Shown: positions 8,323 through 16,525 of the stretch, one piece after another
Layout: the number at the start of each line of letters is the position of its first letter
How positions within the stretch are numbered: the first letter of the stretch is position 1
Virus record (IMG/VR): IMGVR_UViG_3300045988_039573
Coordinates: 1 to 42,091 of that record
Origin: a virus
Direction: 5' to 3' (one strand)
DNA: 42,091 nt
The notes under the pieces: model-generated
Told to the model about the DNA's origin: nothing
What the model saw: the letters and a program-made list of their open reading frames with translations, nothing else
Databases searched by the model: none
Translations under genes and position numbers: made by a program

Positions 8323-8511
8323 ATGAGCTGCTTTAACTGTCAGGAGCGGCACGTCGGCTGTCATTCGACATGTGAGCGATATGCTGCGTGGCTGCAAGAA
8401 AAGAAAGAGGCAAAAAGCAACGAAACGGCCAGCGTAGCCGAAGAAAGCGCGATGATCAATTACATTCAAAGGTCAAAAGACCGATACAAACGGAGGGTGG
8501 GGAGAAAATGA
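8323..8511 (+). CDS. Small Cys/His-rich protein
   Basis: MSCFNCQERHVGCHSTCERY follows a gaggtggg RBS. The upstream part of track ORF 8287-8511 was discarded. Confidence 0.5.
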   Translation: MSCFNCQERHVGCHSTCERYAAWLQEKKEAKSNETASVAEESAMINYIQRSKDRYKRRVGRK

Positions 8512-8723
8512 TCGAATATCCCTATTGCGTCTATCCGGCGCTGAAAAAGGTTTTCTGCGAGCGGCAGTACACGCGCCGCCAGCTTGCCGATGCGGTAGGC
8601 ATTTCCAAAAGCAACATCTGGTGGTGGCTGTCTGGCAACAATCAGCACACCATCGACGTGATCAAAGGCATCCTCAGAGAAAGCGGCCTGACGTTTGAGG
8701 AAGCGTTCGGAGGTGCGGAATGA
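8508..8723 (+). CDS. HTH DNA-binding protein
   Basis: YTRRQLADAVGISKSNIWWWLSG is a helix-turn-helix. The start has an ATGA overlap with the upstream gene. Confidence 0.6.
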   Translation: MIEYPYCVYPALKKVFCERQYTRRQLADAVGISKSNIWWWLSGNNQHTIDVIKGILRESGLTFEEAFGGAE

Positions 8724-8923
8724 AGGTAGGCGACAAGGTGCGGGCGCAGTTTATGACGGTGCCGGAGGAGTTTCCGGGCAAGGCGCGCGGCGAAAAGCTG
8801 TACCCGATCCGCGCCGGCGTGGTGACGTACATCTATCCGCAGAGGCGCTATGTGACCGTGGCGATCATGGTAGACGGCAAGGAGATCAAAGAGAGTTTCC
8901 GACCGGAGGAGGTGCTGGCATGA
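8720..8923 (+). CDS. Hypothetical protein (67 aa)
   Basis: ORF with ATGA overlaps on both sides, consistent with operon packing. Confidence 0.5.
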   Translation: MKVGDKVRAQFMTVPEEFPGKARGEKLYPIRAGVVTYIYPQRRYVTVAIMVDGKEIKESFRPEEVLA

Positions 8924-9159
8924 ACGCGTTTCCCGAGCGCTTGAAGCGCTTGCGGGAGAGAAAGAGAATAAAGCAATATGTCTTATCTGAACTGTGCGGA
9001 CTGCACCGTGACGCGGTGAGGCGGTACGAGGCAGGGGAGGCTACGCCCACAACGGACGCATTGGAAAGCATTGCTGACAAGTTCGGGGTGTCGGTCGATT
9101 ATCTGCTCGGACGGACGGATAATCCGATGACCGTGGACGATTATCTAAAAAAATTTTGA
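8920..9159 (+). CDS. XRE-family HTH regulator
   Basis: FPERLKRLRERKRIKQYVLSELCGLHRDAVRRYEAGEATPTTDALESIADKFGVSVDYLLGRTD is a canonical XRE HTH. Confidence 0.8.
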   Translation: MNAFPERLKRLRERKRIKQYVLSELCGLHRDAVRRYEAGEATPTTDALESIADKFGVSVDYLLGRTDNPMTVDDYLKKF

Positions 9160-9162
9160 AAA

Positions 9163-9180
9163 TTCCCCTTTTAAGGGGAA
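9163..9180 (+). terminator. Hairpin directly after the XRE gene
   Basis: TTCCCCTT-TT-AAGGGGAA immediately follows the stop codon. Downstream sequence is A-rich, so the function is weak or bidirectional. Confidence 0.4.
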
Positions 9181-9205
9181 AAATAAGAAAATCCTATGCA
9201 AAAAT

Positions 9206-9246
9206 AGAGGCGTGATGGGGCGAGGCTCTTCACGCCTCTGCTTTTT
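9206..9246 (+). terminator. Rho-independent terminator closing the early/regulatory operon
   Basis: A 10-bp stem AGAGGCGTGA / TCACGCCTCT is followed by GCTTTTT. Confidence 0.7.
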
Positions 9247-9270
9247 CATCTGTTTTCTCCCCCCTTGATA

Positions 9271-10030
9271 GCCCGCCCTTCGGGGCGGGCGGTTGAGGGC
9301 AATATGCGGCATAGGTGCCCCGTAAGGGGAGACCACAGCGAGTGACGGGGACTTTCCCTGAAGCGCTAAAGCAGGGCGGGACTGCAATGCCGTACCAATC
9401 ACACAAGCGGGCGAGGAAGCGCGAGAAGTTAAGTACACACAAGCTGTGGCCACAGCGGCGGACAGTTAATCCGCAAAAACAGTGTGCGGCTGATGAAAAG
9501 GCGCAGCGCAGTGTGATTGTGCTGGCAGCTCGGAAAGACGAGCACCCACCCCCTCAATGCAGACGTAGCTCAGTCGGTAGAGCACCGCGCCAGGAGGTAT
9601 GTCGTTGGTTCGAGTCCCACCGTCTGCACCATAGGCGTGACCTCTTGCCTCGCAGCCGCACGGAGCGTAAGCCTGCGGAAGTGGTCTTTCCTGTGCGCTG
9701 TACGAAAGCGGCAGGACGAAGAAATTTATGTATTGGCTGGCACCGGCTTTGTAAAGATGAACGGATGCGACCGACGTACCGGCGCAGGGCTGAAAAGTTC
9801 CGTGGGATACCGGCATTGCTGCACTCTGCGCGAGTGCCGAGGCGTTCAATGGATGTGGTGTGGTGGCGGCAATCGTATGATTAGGCCGCTGTGTAAGCAA
9901 TTCAAACAGAGCGCAATGCCGGAACCCTGTGAAAAGACTAACGCCCAATGTGGGCGGCGTTGTAGCCCATCGGGGCGGGTAAAGTCTGCTATGTAAGGCC
10001 AAGGGGCGGGGGCTGGTAGCAAAAAACGAA
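9271..10030 (+). ncRNA. Candidate large structured RNA (GOLLD/ROOL-like or novel) or structured leader of the late operon
   Basis: No credible ORF is present. The + strand carries dense hairpins with UUCG and GNRA loops, nested helices, and a 10-nt long-range complement (9810-9819 with 9913-9922). A tRNA-like module is embedded. Confidence 0.4.
9559..9631 (+). tRNA. tRNA-like module with non-canonical, shortened anticodon arm (pseudo-tRNA or structural domain)
   Basis: Perfect 7-bp acceptor GCAGACG/CGTCTGC plus ACCA. D arm is GCTC-AGTCGGTA-GAGC. T arm is GTTGG-TTCGAGT-CCCAC with one mismatch. Only 19 nt lie between the D and T arms, with at best ACC/GGT pairing. Confidence 0.6.
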
Positions 10031-10043
10031 AGGAAGTGAGCGT

Positions 10044-10457
10044 ATGGCTGGCGGAGCGCCAAGAAAATGGAAAAGCGTAAAGGCAATGCAGGAAGCTATT
10101 GACGTTTACTTCAAAAGGTGCGCAGGCGAACCGTTTATCGGAGATGACGGCTGCGCTGTGCGAGATAAGTACGGGGTGCCGATTATCATCAACGCAAAGC
10201 CGCCGACAATCACAGGGCTTGCATTGGCGCTTGGATTCACAGGGAGACAAGCGCTGCTGGATTATCAAGCAAGACCGGAGTTCGCGGACACGGTTACGCG
10301 CGCGAAGTCACGCTGCGAGGAATACGCCGAATCTCGGCTCTACGACAAAGACGGTGCGAACGGCGCGAAATTCTCGCTTGGCTGTAATTTTGGGTGGCGT
10401 GAAATGAACGAGACAAAAATAAGCACGGATTCCGTCAAGGTGGTTATTGATGTCTGA
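10044..10457 (+). CDS. terS: Terminase small subunit
   Basis: PPTITGLALALGF..RQALLDY......TRAKSRCEEYAE..L......GAKFSLGCNFGW is the typical TerS pattern. The gene is directly upstream of terL. Confidence 0.8.
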   Translation: MAGGAPRKWKSVKAMQEAIDVYFKRCAGEPFIGDDGCAVRDKYGVPIIINAKPPTITGLALALGFTGRQALLDYQARPEFADTVTRAKSRCEEYAESRLYDKDGANGAKFSLGCNFGWREMNETKISTDSVKVVIDV

Positions 10458-11688
10458 TATTCTCTTGTCAGAAAAAATCGGCTCGGCTTTTTACGATGTG
10501 GCTCACGATGTGTTTCATCATGGGCACACGCACTACGATTTTAGCGGCGGGAGAGGTTCGCTGAAGTCGTCCACGGTGTCTGTGCTCGTCCCCCTGCTGC
10601 TAATAAACAATCCAGGCACGCACGCGCTCGTGCTGCGCAAGGTGGCAAATACGATCCGCGATAGCGTTTATGCGCAGTACATTTGGGCAATCGGGGAGCT
10701 TGGCATGGCAGCGTATTGGGAAGCAAAGGTTTCCCCAATGGAGCTGATCTATAAGCCGACAGGCCAGAAGATTATGTTTCGCGGTGCTGACGACCCCATG
10801 AAAATCAAATCTATCAAAGTGCCATTTGGGTATATCGCGGTGACGCACTTTGAAGAAAAAGACCAGTTTGCTGGACGCGCGGAAATCCGAAACATTTTAC
10901 AGTCCACCATGCGCGGAGGCTCGGTGTTCTGGGATTTTGAGAGCTATAACCCGCCTATCTCGCGTGACAACTGGGCGAACAAGGACAGTTTGGAGGAACG
11001 CGCCGACCGCTTGTGCCACAAGTCAACGTACTTGCAAGCCCCGCCTGAGTGGCTGGGACAGCAGTTTATCGATGAGGCGGAACACTTAAAAGAGACGGAC
11101 GAGCGTGCATATCAGCACGAATATCTCGGCATTCCGGTCGGAACGGGCGGCAACGTGTTTGACAAGCTGGAACTGCGGGAGATCACCGATGAAGAAGTAA
11201 AAAGTTTCGACCGCATCTATCAAGGGGTGGACTTTGGCTGGTTCCCCGACCCGTTCGCTTTTATTCGGCTGCATTATGATCGGGCGCGAGAGACCATCTA
11301 TCTGCTGGACGAGATTTATCAAAACAAATTATCCAACGAGCAAAGCGCGACAATGATTAAGCAGCGCGGATATAACAACATCAGGACGGTCTGCGACAGC
11401 GCCGAGCCGAAGAGTGTTGCTGATCTCCGCGCAATGGGGCTGCCTGCGTATGAAGCGGTCAAAGGCCCCGGCTCCGTGGACTATGGCATGAAGTTTTTGC
11501 AGCGGAGAACAATCGTCATTGACAGGCGACGCACACCAAACGCTTACAATGAGTTTGTTGGATACGAATACGAACGAAACAAAGACGGCGACATTATCAG
11601 CGGATACCCGGACGAGAACAATCACCTGATTGACGCGACGAGGTATGCGTTAGAGCCTGTCAGTCGCAGAATGGGAGTTATTGCATGA
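10447..11688 (+). CDS. terL: Terminase large subunit (PBSX/Terminase_3-like)
   Basis: Walker A GGRGSLKS, 413 aa, and a C-terminal nuclease-like region (NHLIDATRYAL). Confidence 0.9.
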   Translation: MMSDILLSEKIGSAFYDVAHDVFHHGHTHYDFSGGRGSLKSSTVSVLVPLLLINNPGTHALVLRKVANTIRDSVYAQYIWAIGELGMAAYWEAKVSPMELIYKPTGQKIMFRGADDPMKIKSIKVPFGYIAVTHFEEKDQFAGRAEIRNILQSTMRGGSVFWDFESYNPPISRDNWANKDSLEERADRLCHKSTYLQAPPEWLGQQFIDEAEHLKETDERAYQHEYLGIPVGTGGNVFDKLELREITDEEVKSFDRIYQGVDFGWFPDPFAFIRLHYDRARETIYLLDEIYQNKLSNEQSATMIKQRGYNNIRTVCDSAEPKSVADLRAMGLPAYEAVKGPGSVDYGMKFLQRRTIVIDRRRTPNAYNEFVGYEYERNKDGDIISGYPDENNHLIDATRYALEPVSRRMGVIA

Positions 11689-13115
11689 GTAGTGCAGTTA
11701 TCCAAAAGCTAAAAGAACTGGGCTATACGACGATCCCGGAAGAGTTTTATAGCCAAGTTGACCTCTGGAAGTCCTGGTATGTTGGGAAAGTAAAGAATTT
11801 TCACAGATACCGAGAATATAACGGGCATGAGTGGGTGAAAAAGAAGCGGTCTTCGCTCGGAATGGGAAAGAAAGTTTGCGAAGATTGGGCAAATTTGCTC
11901 ATGAACGAAAAGGTTAAAATCACGCTTGAAGGCGAAAAAGAACAGAAATTCATTGACCGCATTTTGGAAGAAAACAACTTTACAGTAAAAGCAAACGAAA
12001 TGCAGGAAATGAAGTCCGCGCTCGGAACGGTTGCATATGTACCGCGCGTCATTGGCCAGAAAGTAAACGACTACGACGCTCCGATTCCCGGAAGTGCGGA
12101 AGACATTGCAATCGACTATGTGACGATGGAGCACATTTACCCGCTTTCATGGCGAAATGGCGTGATTACAGAGTGCGCATTTGATAGTGTTGTAACACGG
12201 TTCGGACATCAGTATTTGTTCCTGCAAATCTTTAAAAAAGAGCGAACCGGCAAATACACAATCGAAAACAGCATTTATCTGTACGAGAACGAAACGCTGT
12301 CGGAAGTTAGCCTTGCATCCGTTGATGGCTTTGAGCGTATCCCGCGTGTCGTCCATACAGGGAGCGCAGAAAAACAGTTTGTGATTGATCGACCGAACAT
12401 CGCCAACAATTTTGATTATCTCTTGCCTGTCGGCGTCCCTGTTTATGCAAATGCTCTTGATGTGCTGGAAAACGTAGACAAGGCGTTTAACTGCTATGGC
12501 AACGAGTTTGACAATGGCGCGTTGCTGCTGATGGTAAAAATGCCAGCAACAAGGTATGAGGACGGAAAACCGACCTTGAACAATAACGATAGCAGATTTT
12601 ACCTTCTCCCAGAGGACACACAGCAAGGGAACGTTGTTGAACCAATTTCCCCACAGTTAAGAACGCAGCAGTTAAATATCGGGTTGCAAGACCAGCTCAA
12701 TATTCTTTCCAGCAAGTGCGGGTTTGGCGAGACCTATTATCGTTTTAGTGGCGATAGCATTGCCACGGCTACGCAGGTCATCAGTGAGAATAGCACCATG
12801 TTCCGCACGATCAAGAAGCATGAAATTATCCTCGAGCAGGCATTGACTGAGTTGTGCCGTGTTCTTCTCCGGCTTGGGAATACTGCAATGAATGCAGGGC
12901 TTGACGAAAATGTAGAAATCTCCATCGACTTTGATGATTCCATCATTGAGGACAAGCAGACCGATTTTTCCCGCGATATGCAACTTTTGACAGCTGGCAT
13001 TATGAACGATTGGGAGTTCCGCATGAAGTGGATGAACGAGGATGAGGCGACCGCAAAAGCGGCGCTGCCGAAGATGCAGGACATGACAACCGAAGGACAA
13101 CAGGAGGTAGAGTAA
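11685..13115 (+). CDS. Portal protein (SPP1 gp6-like)
   Basis: 476 aa, placed immediately after terL with an ATGA overlap. Size and position are typical of a portal. Confidence 0.8.
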   Translation: MSSAVIQKLKELGYTTIPEEFYSQVDLWKSWYVGKVKNFHRYREYNGHEWVKKKRSSLGMGKKVCEDWANLLMNEKVKITLEGEKEQKFIDRILEENNFTVKANEMQEMKSALGTVAYVPRVIGQKVNDYDAPIPGSAEDIAIDYVTMEHIYPLSWRNGVITECAFDSVVTRFGHQYLFLQIFKKERTGKYTIENSIYLYENETLSEVSLASVDGFERIPRVVHTGSAEKQFVIDRPNIANNFDYLLPVGVPVYANALDVLENVDKAFNCYGNEFDNGALLLMVKMPATRYEDGKPTLNNNDSRFYLLPEDTQQGNVVEPISPQLRTQQLNIGLQDQLNILSSKCGFGETYYRFSGDSIATATQVISENSTMFRTIKKHEIILEQALTELCRVLLRLGNTAMNAGLDENVEISIDFDDSIIEDKQTDFSRDMQLLTAGIMNDWEFRMKWMNEDEATAKAALPKMQDMTTEGQQEVE

Positions 13116-13654
13116 TGGGCGGCAGAGGCGGAGCTGGTGGCGGCATTAGAGCCGGAGAATTTGGGCGTGGGCGCGGTATGAGCCTTGCGCGGTTTTTGTC
13201 ACAGCAGGATATTAACCGAGCAAACGCTTCGTCTGTCACTGATATGGGCGATATTATCAGGCGCACATTTGAGCGCAACGCTGCTGAAATCAATGGGCTT
13301 GAGCTGTCGGACGCTGAAAAGAAAGACGCCGTAAAGCAGATGGCAACTCTCGCAACAACGGCGCTCAAAACGGCGGCAGGAGCAGTCAATCCTTATGCAA
13401 GTGGGCCTGCACGCCTGACAACGGCGCAGAAAACAGGAAGCGCCGCAGACAGAGCTGCAAGAGCGCGCGGTGAAATGGATAGCTACATGCGGAAATTGCG
13501 TGACCAGTCCAGTAAAAACCGCAAAGCAGCAGAAAACAAGGCGTTTTCCAATGCCTTTGTAACAGCGCAAAAGTCCGGCGCGTTGGAAGTTACGGTAAAC
13601 GGAAAGAAATACCGCAGGGCTAACAAGCGCAGCGGTACATGGAGACCTGTTTAA
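13115..13654 (+). CDS. Hypothetical Gly/Arg-rich N-terminus protein (MGGRG...), basic
   Basis: The start overlaps the portal stop (TAATG). The N-terminus is MGGRGGAGGGIRAGEFGRGRG, and the remainder is Ala/Lys/Arg-rich. Confidence 0.6.
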   Translation: MGGRGGAGGGIRAGEFGRGRGMSLARFLSQQDINRANASSVTDMGDIIRRTFERNAAEINGLELSDAEKKDAVKQMATLATTALKTAAGAVNPYASGPARLTTAQKTGSAADRAARARGEMDSYMRKLRDQSSKNRKAAENKAFSNAFVTAQKSGALEVTVNGKKYRRANKRSGTWRPV

Positions 13655-14040
13655 TGGGCGGACGCGGCGCAAGTAGCGGCATGAGCGAAAAGGGCAAGCC
13701 TTACGGGAGCGAGTTTAGGACGCTTCTAAAAGCTGGGAACGTAAAGTTTGTAAAGCAAAATGCGGCATTGAACGCAAAAGACCCATTGGAAACTATGACT
13801 AAAGGGCGCATTTACGCAACGATAAACGATGAGGGCAAAATAAATGCAATCAGCTATTACGGTGCAGATGGAAAGCGCATAAAAACAATCAATCTCTTAC
13901 ATAGCCATGAACAATTCAAGGGAGAGCACACGCACATCGGGTATTATCACGATGAGGGCGGCACAAGGGGATTGACTGCGGATGAAAAGAAGCTGGTTGC
14001 ATTCGTAAAAAAGGCTTGGTATAATAGGCATAGCAAGTAG
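13654..14040 (+). CDS. Hypothetical protein with the same MGGRG N-terminus
   Basis: TAATG overlap with the upstream gene. The N-terminus is MGGRGASSGMSEKGKPYG and the C-terminus is His-rich (HSHEQFKGEHTHIGYYHDEGG). Confidence 0.6.
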   Translation: MGGRGASSGMSEKGKPYGSEFRTLLKAGNVKFVKQNAALNAKDPLETMTKGRIYATINDEGKINAISYYGADGKRIKTINLLHSHEQFKGEHTHIGYYHDEGGTRGLTADEKKLVAFVKKAWYNRHSK

Positions 14041-14099
14041 TCGTATAGGGTGATTACACCGTGACTGCGGGAACTCCGGTTAGAATCCGGGCGCTTGCT

Positions 14100-14142
14100 A
14101 TGCCGTAAGGTACAGAAATGTATCTTGCGGCATTTTTGTTTT
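14100..14142 (+). terminator. Rho-independent terminator inside the head module
   Basis: A 10-bp stem ATGCCGTAAG / CTTGCGGCAT (one G-U pair) is followed by TTTTGTTTT. Confidence 0.65.
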
Positions 14143-14153
14143 CTGGGGGATTT

Positions 14154-14801
14154 ATGATTAACTTTGAAAATCTTGACAAGTTCACATTCCTCGGCGTGGG
14201 CAAGTACGATATTCCGCAGATCGAGCCGGTCAAGGCATACCCACAAGGTGAGTTTGTCCCCGTGAATTACCATTACACAGCGAAAGACACGAAAAGCAAG
14301 ATTGTGCATTTCTTCGTGGACGATTACCAGTTCATTCGATATTGGAACACGCCGGACAAATACATTCCGAAACTGTCGCAGTTTGCGGCAGTGTGCGCGC
14401 CGGACTTCTCCACCTACACGGATATGCCGCTGGCGATGCAGATATACAACCATTACCGGAAACACTGGCTAGCGGCGTACTGGCAGCTGCACGGCATGAC
14501 GGTATACCCATCTATTTCATGGAGTGACGAGGATAGTTACGATTGGTGCTTTGATGGTGAGCCTGTCGGCGGAATAGTGGCGGTTAGTTCGGTTGGCACA
14601 CAGCAGAATAAAGAAAGCAAGCGTCTGTTTCTTCGCGGCTACGAGGAAATGATGAAACGGCTTTCACCGGAATGGGTGATATTCTACGGGAAAGTGCCGG
14701 AAGAATGCGATTGGAATGTAATCCGCGTTCAGCCGCACTATGACAATATTGTGAAACGGAGGAAAGCAAATGAAATATCCGTTTCAGCCGGAAGTTCTTG
14801 A
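14154..14801 (+). CDS. DUF4417 domain protein
   Basis: HFFVDDYQF.RYWN.P.KY...L..F..V..PDFS.Y.DMP...QI.N.YR..W matches the DUF4417 pattern. The MINFEN start follows a GGGGGA RBS. Confidence 0.65.
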   Translation: MINFENLDKFTFLGVGKYDIPQIEPVKAYPQGEFVPVNYHYTAKDTKSKIVHFFVDDYQFIRYWNTPDKYIPKLSQFAAVCAPDFSTYTDMPLAMQIYNHYRKHWLAAYWQLHGMTVYPSISWSDEDSYDWCFDGEPVGGIVAVSSVGTQQNKESKRLFLRGYEEMMKRLSPEWVIFYGKVPEECDWNVIRVQPHYDNIVKRRKANEISVSAGSS

Positions 14802-15942
14802 CGCGCTGCCGGAAGAACTGGCAGAGCTGTTCCGGGCGCTTGAAATATCGTTGCTGGAGGAAATCTGCTCCCGGCTGAAAGCTGCGGGTGAGCTAAACGA
14901 GGCAACAGTGCAGGACATCCGGGCGCTGCGGTCACACGGCATCGATCTAAAAGAGATTGAGAAAGCAATTCGCAAAACTTCCGGTATCAGCGAATCGAAG
15001 TTGAATGAGCTGCTTGACGATGTTGTAAAGCGCAACCAAAAGTATTACACCGAGTTGATTGACCTTGCGCACATCACACAGCCGGAAACGCTGGTAAGCA
15101 TAGAAGATACTTGGGCGATATACGAGCAGACGAAGCAAACACTGCGCAACATAACGCGCTCAATGGGCTTTTTAGTGAACGCTGGCCGCACAATGCTACC
15201 CCCCGCCAAGGCGTACCATTGGGCTTTAGATGCTGCTACGTTGAAAGTAGAAAGCGGGGCTATTTCTTATGGGCAAGCCATCAAAGACGCCGTTAGGGAG
15301 CTTGCAAGTGGCGGCCTGCTCGTGGTGGACTATGAGAGCGGACACCGTGACCATGTAGACGTAGCTGTCCGGCGTGCCGTAATGACAGGCGTATCGCAGC
15401 TGTGCAGTAAGTACACGGAGCAAGCGGCGGAATACTTAGAAACGCCGTATTATGAAGTGTCTGCCCACGCCGGGGCGCGTGATGTGCCGGGGCGGTCGCC
15501 CTGGTCATCGCACAAGGACTGGCAAGGCAAAGTGTATTCCACACGCAGCGGCGACATCTATCCAAACATTTACGAGGTCTGCGGTCTGGGTGCTGTGGAT
15601 GGCCTGGAAGGAGCTAACTGCCGCCACCGCCGTTTCCCCTGGGTGGAGGGCGTAAGTGAGCGCACATACAATGACGAACAGCTTGAGCATATCGACGATG
15701 GTTTGGGCTGTACGTTTGAGGGCAAGACCTATACGGCATACGAGGCCACGCAGGAGCAACGGCGCGTTGAACGCGAGGTGCGTAAGCTAAAGCGCGAAAA
15801 AGCCGCTTACAAGGCCGCAGGATTGCGCGAAGAAGAACAGGCGGTAAACATACGGCTACGGCGGTTAAACGCCAAATACAAGGCGTTCAGCGCGGCGGCA
15901 GGGCTGCCGGAGCAGTGGGAGAGAACGAAGGTGCTGTATTGA
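14770..15942 (+). CDS. Head morphogenesis protein, MuF / SPP1 gp7 family
   Basis: 390 aa with the conserved core ...SAHAGARDVPGRSPWSSHKDWQGKVYS...ANCRHRRFPW, placed between portal and scaffold. Confidence 0.8.
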   Translation: MKYPFQPEVLDALPEELAELFRALEISLLEEICSRLKAAGELNEATVQDIRALRSHGIDLKEIEKAIRKTSGISESKLNELLDDVVKRNQKYYTELIDLAHITQPETLVSIEDTWAIYEQTKQTLRNITRSMGFLVNAGRTMLPPAKAYHWALDAATLKVESGAISYGQAIKDAVRELASGGLLVVDYESGHRDHVDVAVRRAVMTGVSQLCSKYTEQAAEYLETPYYEVSAHAGARDVPGRSPWSSHKDWQGKVYSTRSGDIYPNIYEVCGLGAVDGLEGANCRHRRFPWVEGVSERTYNDEQLEHIDDGLGCTFEGKTYTAYEATQEQRRVEREVRKLKREKAAYKAAGLREEEQAVNIRLRRLNAKYKAFSAAAGLPEQWERTKVLY

Positions 15943-16024
15943 ATTGGGAAGAAGCCAGAAAGGCAACCGAATTTTGTAATACGCAGCGGGGAATGACGCT
16001 GTGGAAATAAAAGGAGACGAAACT

Positions 16025-16507
16025 ATGACTTTTGATGAAATACTGGCTGACCCTACCTATAAGGCGGAGTTTGACAGGCGAATCACAAAGGCACTTTCGA
16101 CTGTCCAGAGCAAGCTGGACGCGGAAGTGGAGAAGAACAAGCAGTTTGCGGCGAACGGCAGCGCGGAAACGGAAGCGCTCAAAAAGGAGATCGAGGGCTA
16201 CAAGTCCAAGATTGCCGATTATGACTACGCAGATGTGATTCGTAAGACGCTTGCTGAAAAGGGCGTGAAATTCAGCTCTAAAGCTGCGGAAAAGGCATAT
16301 TTGGCAGACCTGAAAGCAAAGCACCTTGAAATCAAGGACGGTGCGCTTGATGGATTTGACGAATGGCACAAGGCGCAAGTCAGCGCCGATCCGTCCGCGT
16401 TCCAAGACGGCGTAAAAATCGACTGGTCCGCTGCTGTTGGCAGCGGCGAAAAGAAAACAGATACCAATGCCGCGATGAACAATCTGATTCGCGGCGCACT
16501 CAAGTAA
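16025..16507 (+). CDS. Scaffolding protein
   Basis: Acidic, coiled-coil-rich 160-aa protein directly upstream of the capsid gene. ATG follows an AAGGAG RBS. Confidence 0.7.
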   Translation: MTFDEILADPTYKAEFDRRITKALSTVQSKLDAEVEKNKQFAANGSAETEALKKEIEGYKSKIADYDYADVIRKTLAEKGVKFSSKAAEKAYLADLKAKHLEIKDGALDGFDEWHKAQVSADPSAFQDGVKIDWSAAVGSGEKKTDTNAAMNNLIRGALK

Positions 16508-16525
16508 CGAAAAGGAGATTATAAC

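Noticed and set aside
9559-9631. The tRNA-like element as a suppressor tRNA indicating stop-codon reassignment in this phage
   Set aside because: All called genes end at ordinary TGA, TAA or TAG codons with sensible lengths, and no gene needs read-through. The element has no readable CUA, UCA or UUA anticodon in a proper loop.
9315-10086. Three long ORFs (9315-9884 +, 9517-9996 +, 9466-10086 -) in the pre-terS interval
   Set aside because: They overlap one another and are Arg/Cys/Pro/Gly-rich. They have no SD sequences and run straight through the tRNA-like module and many stable hairpins. The interval was treated as non-coding RNA or leader instead.
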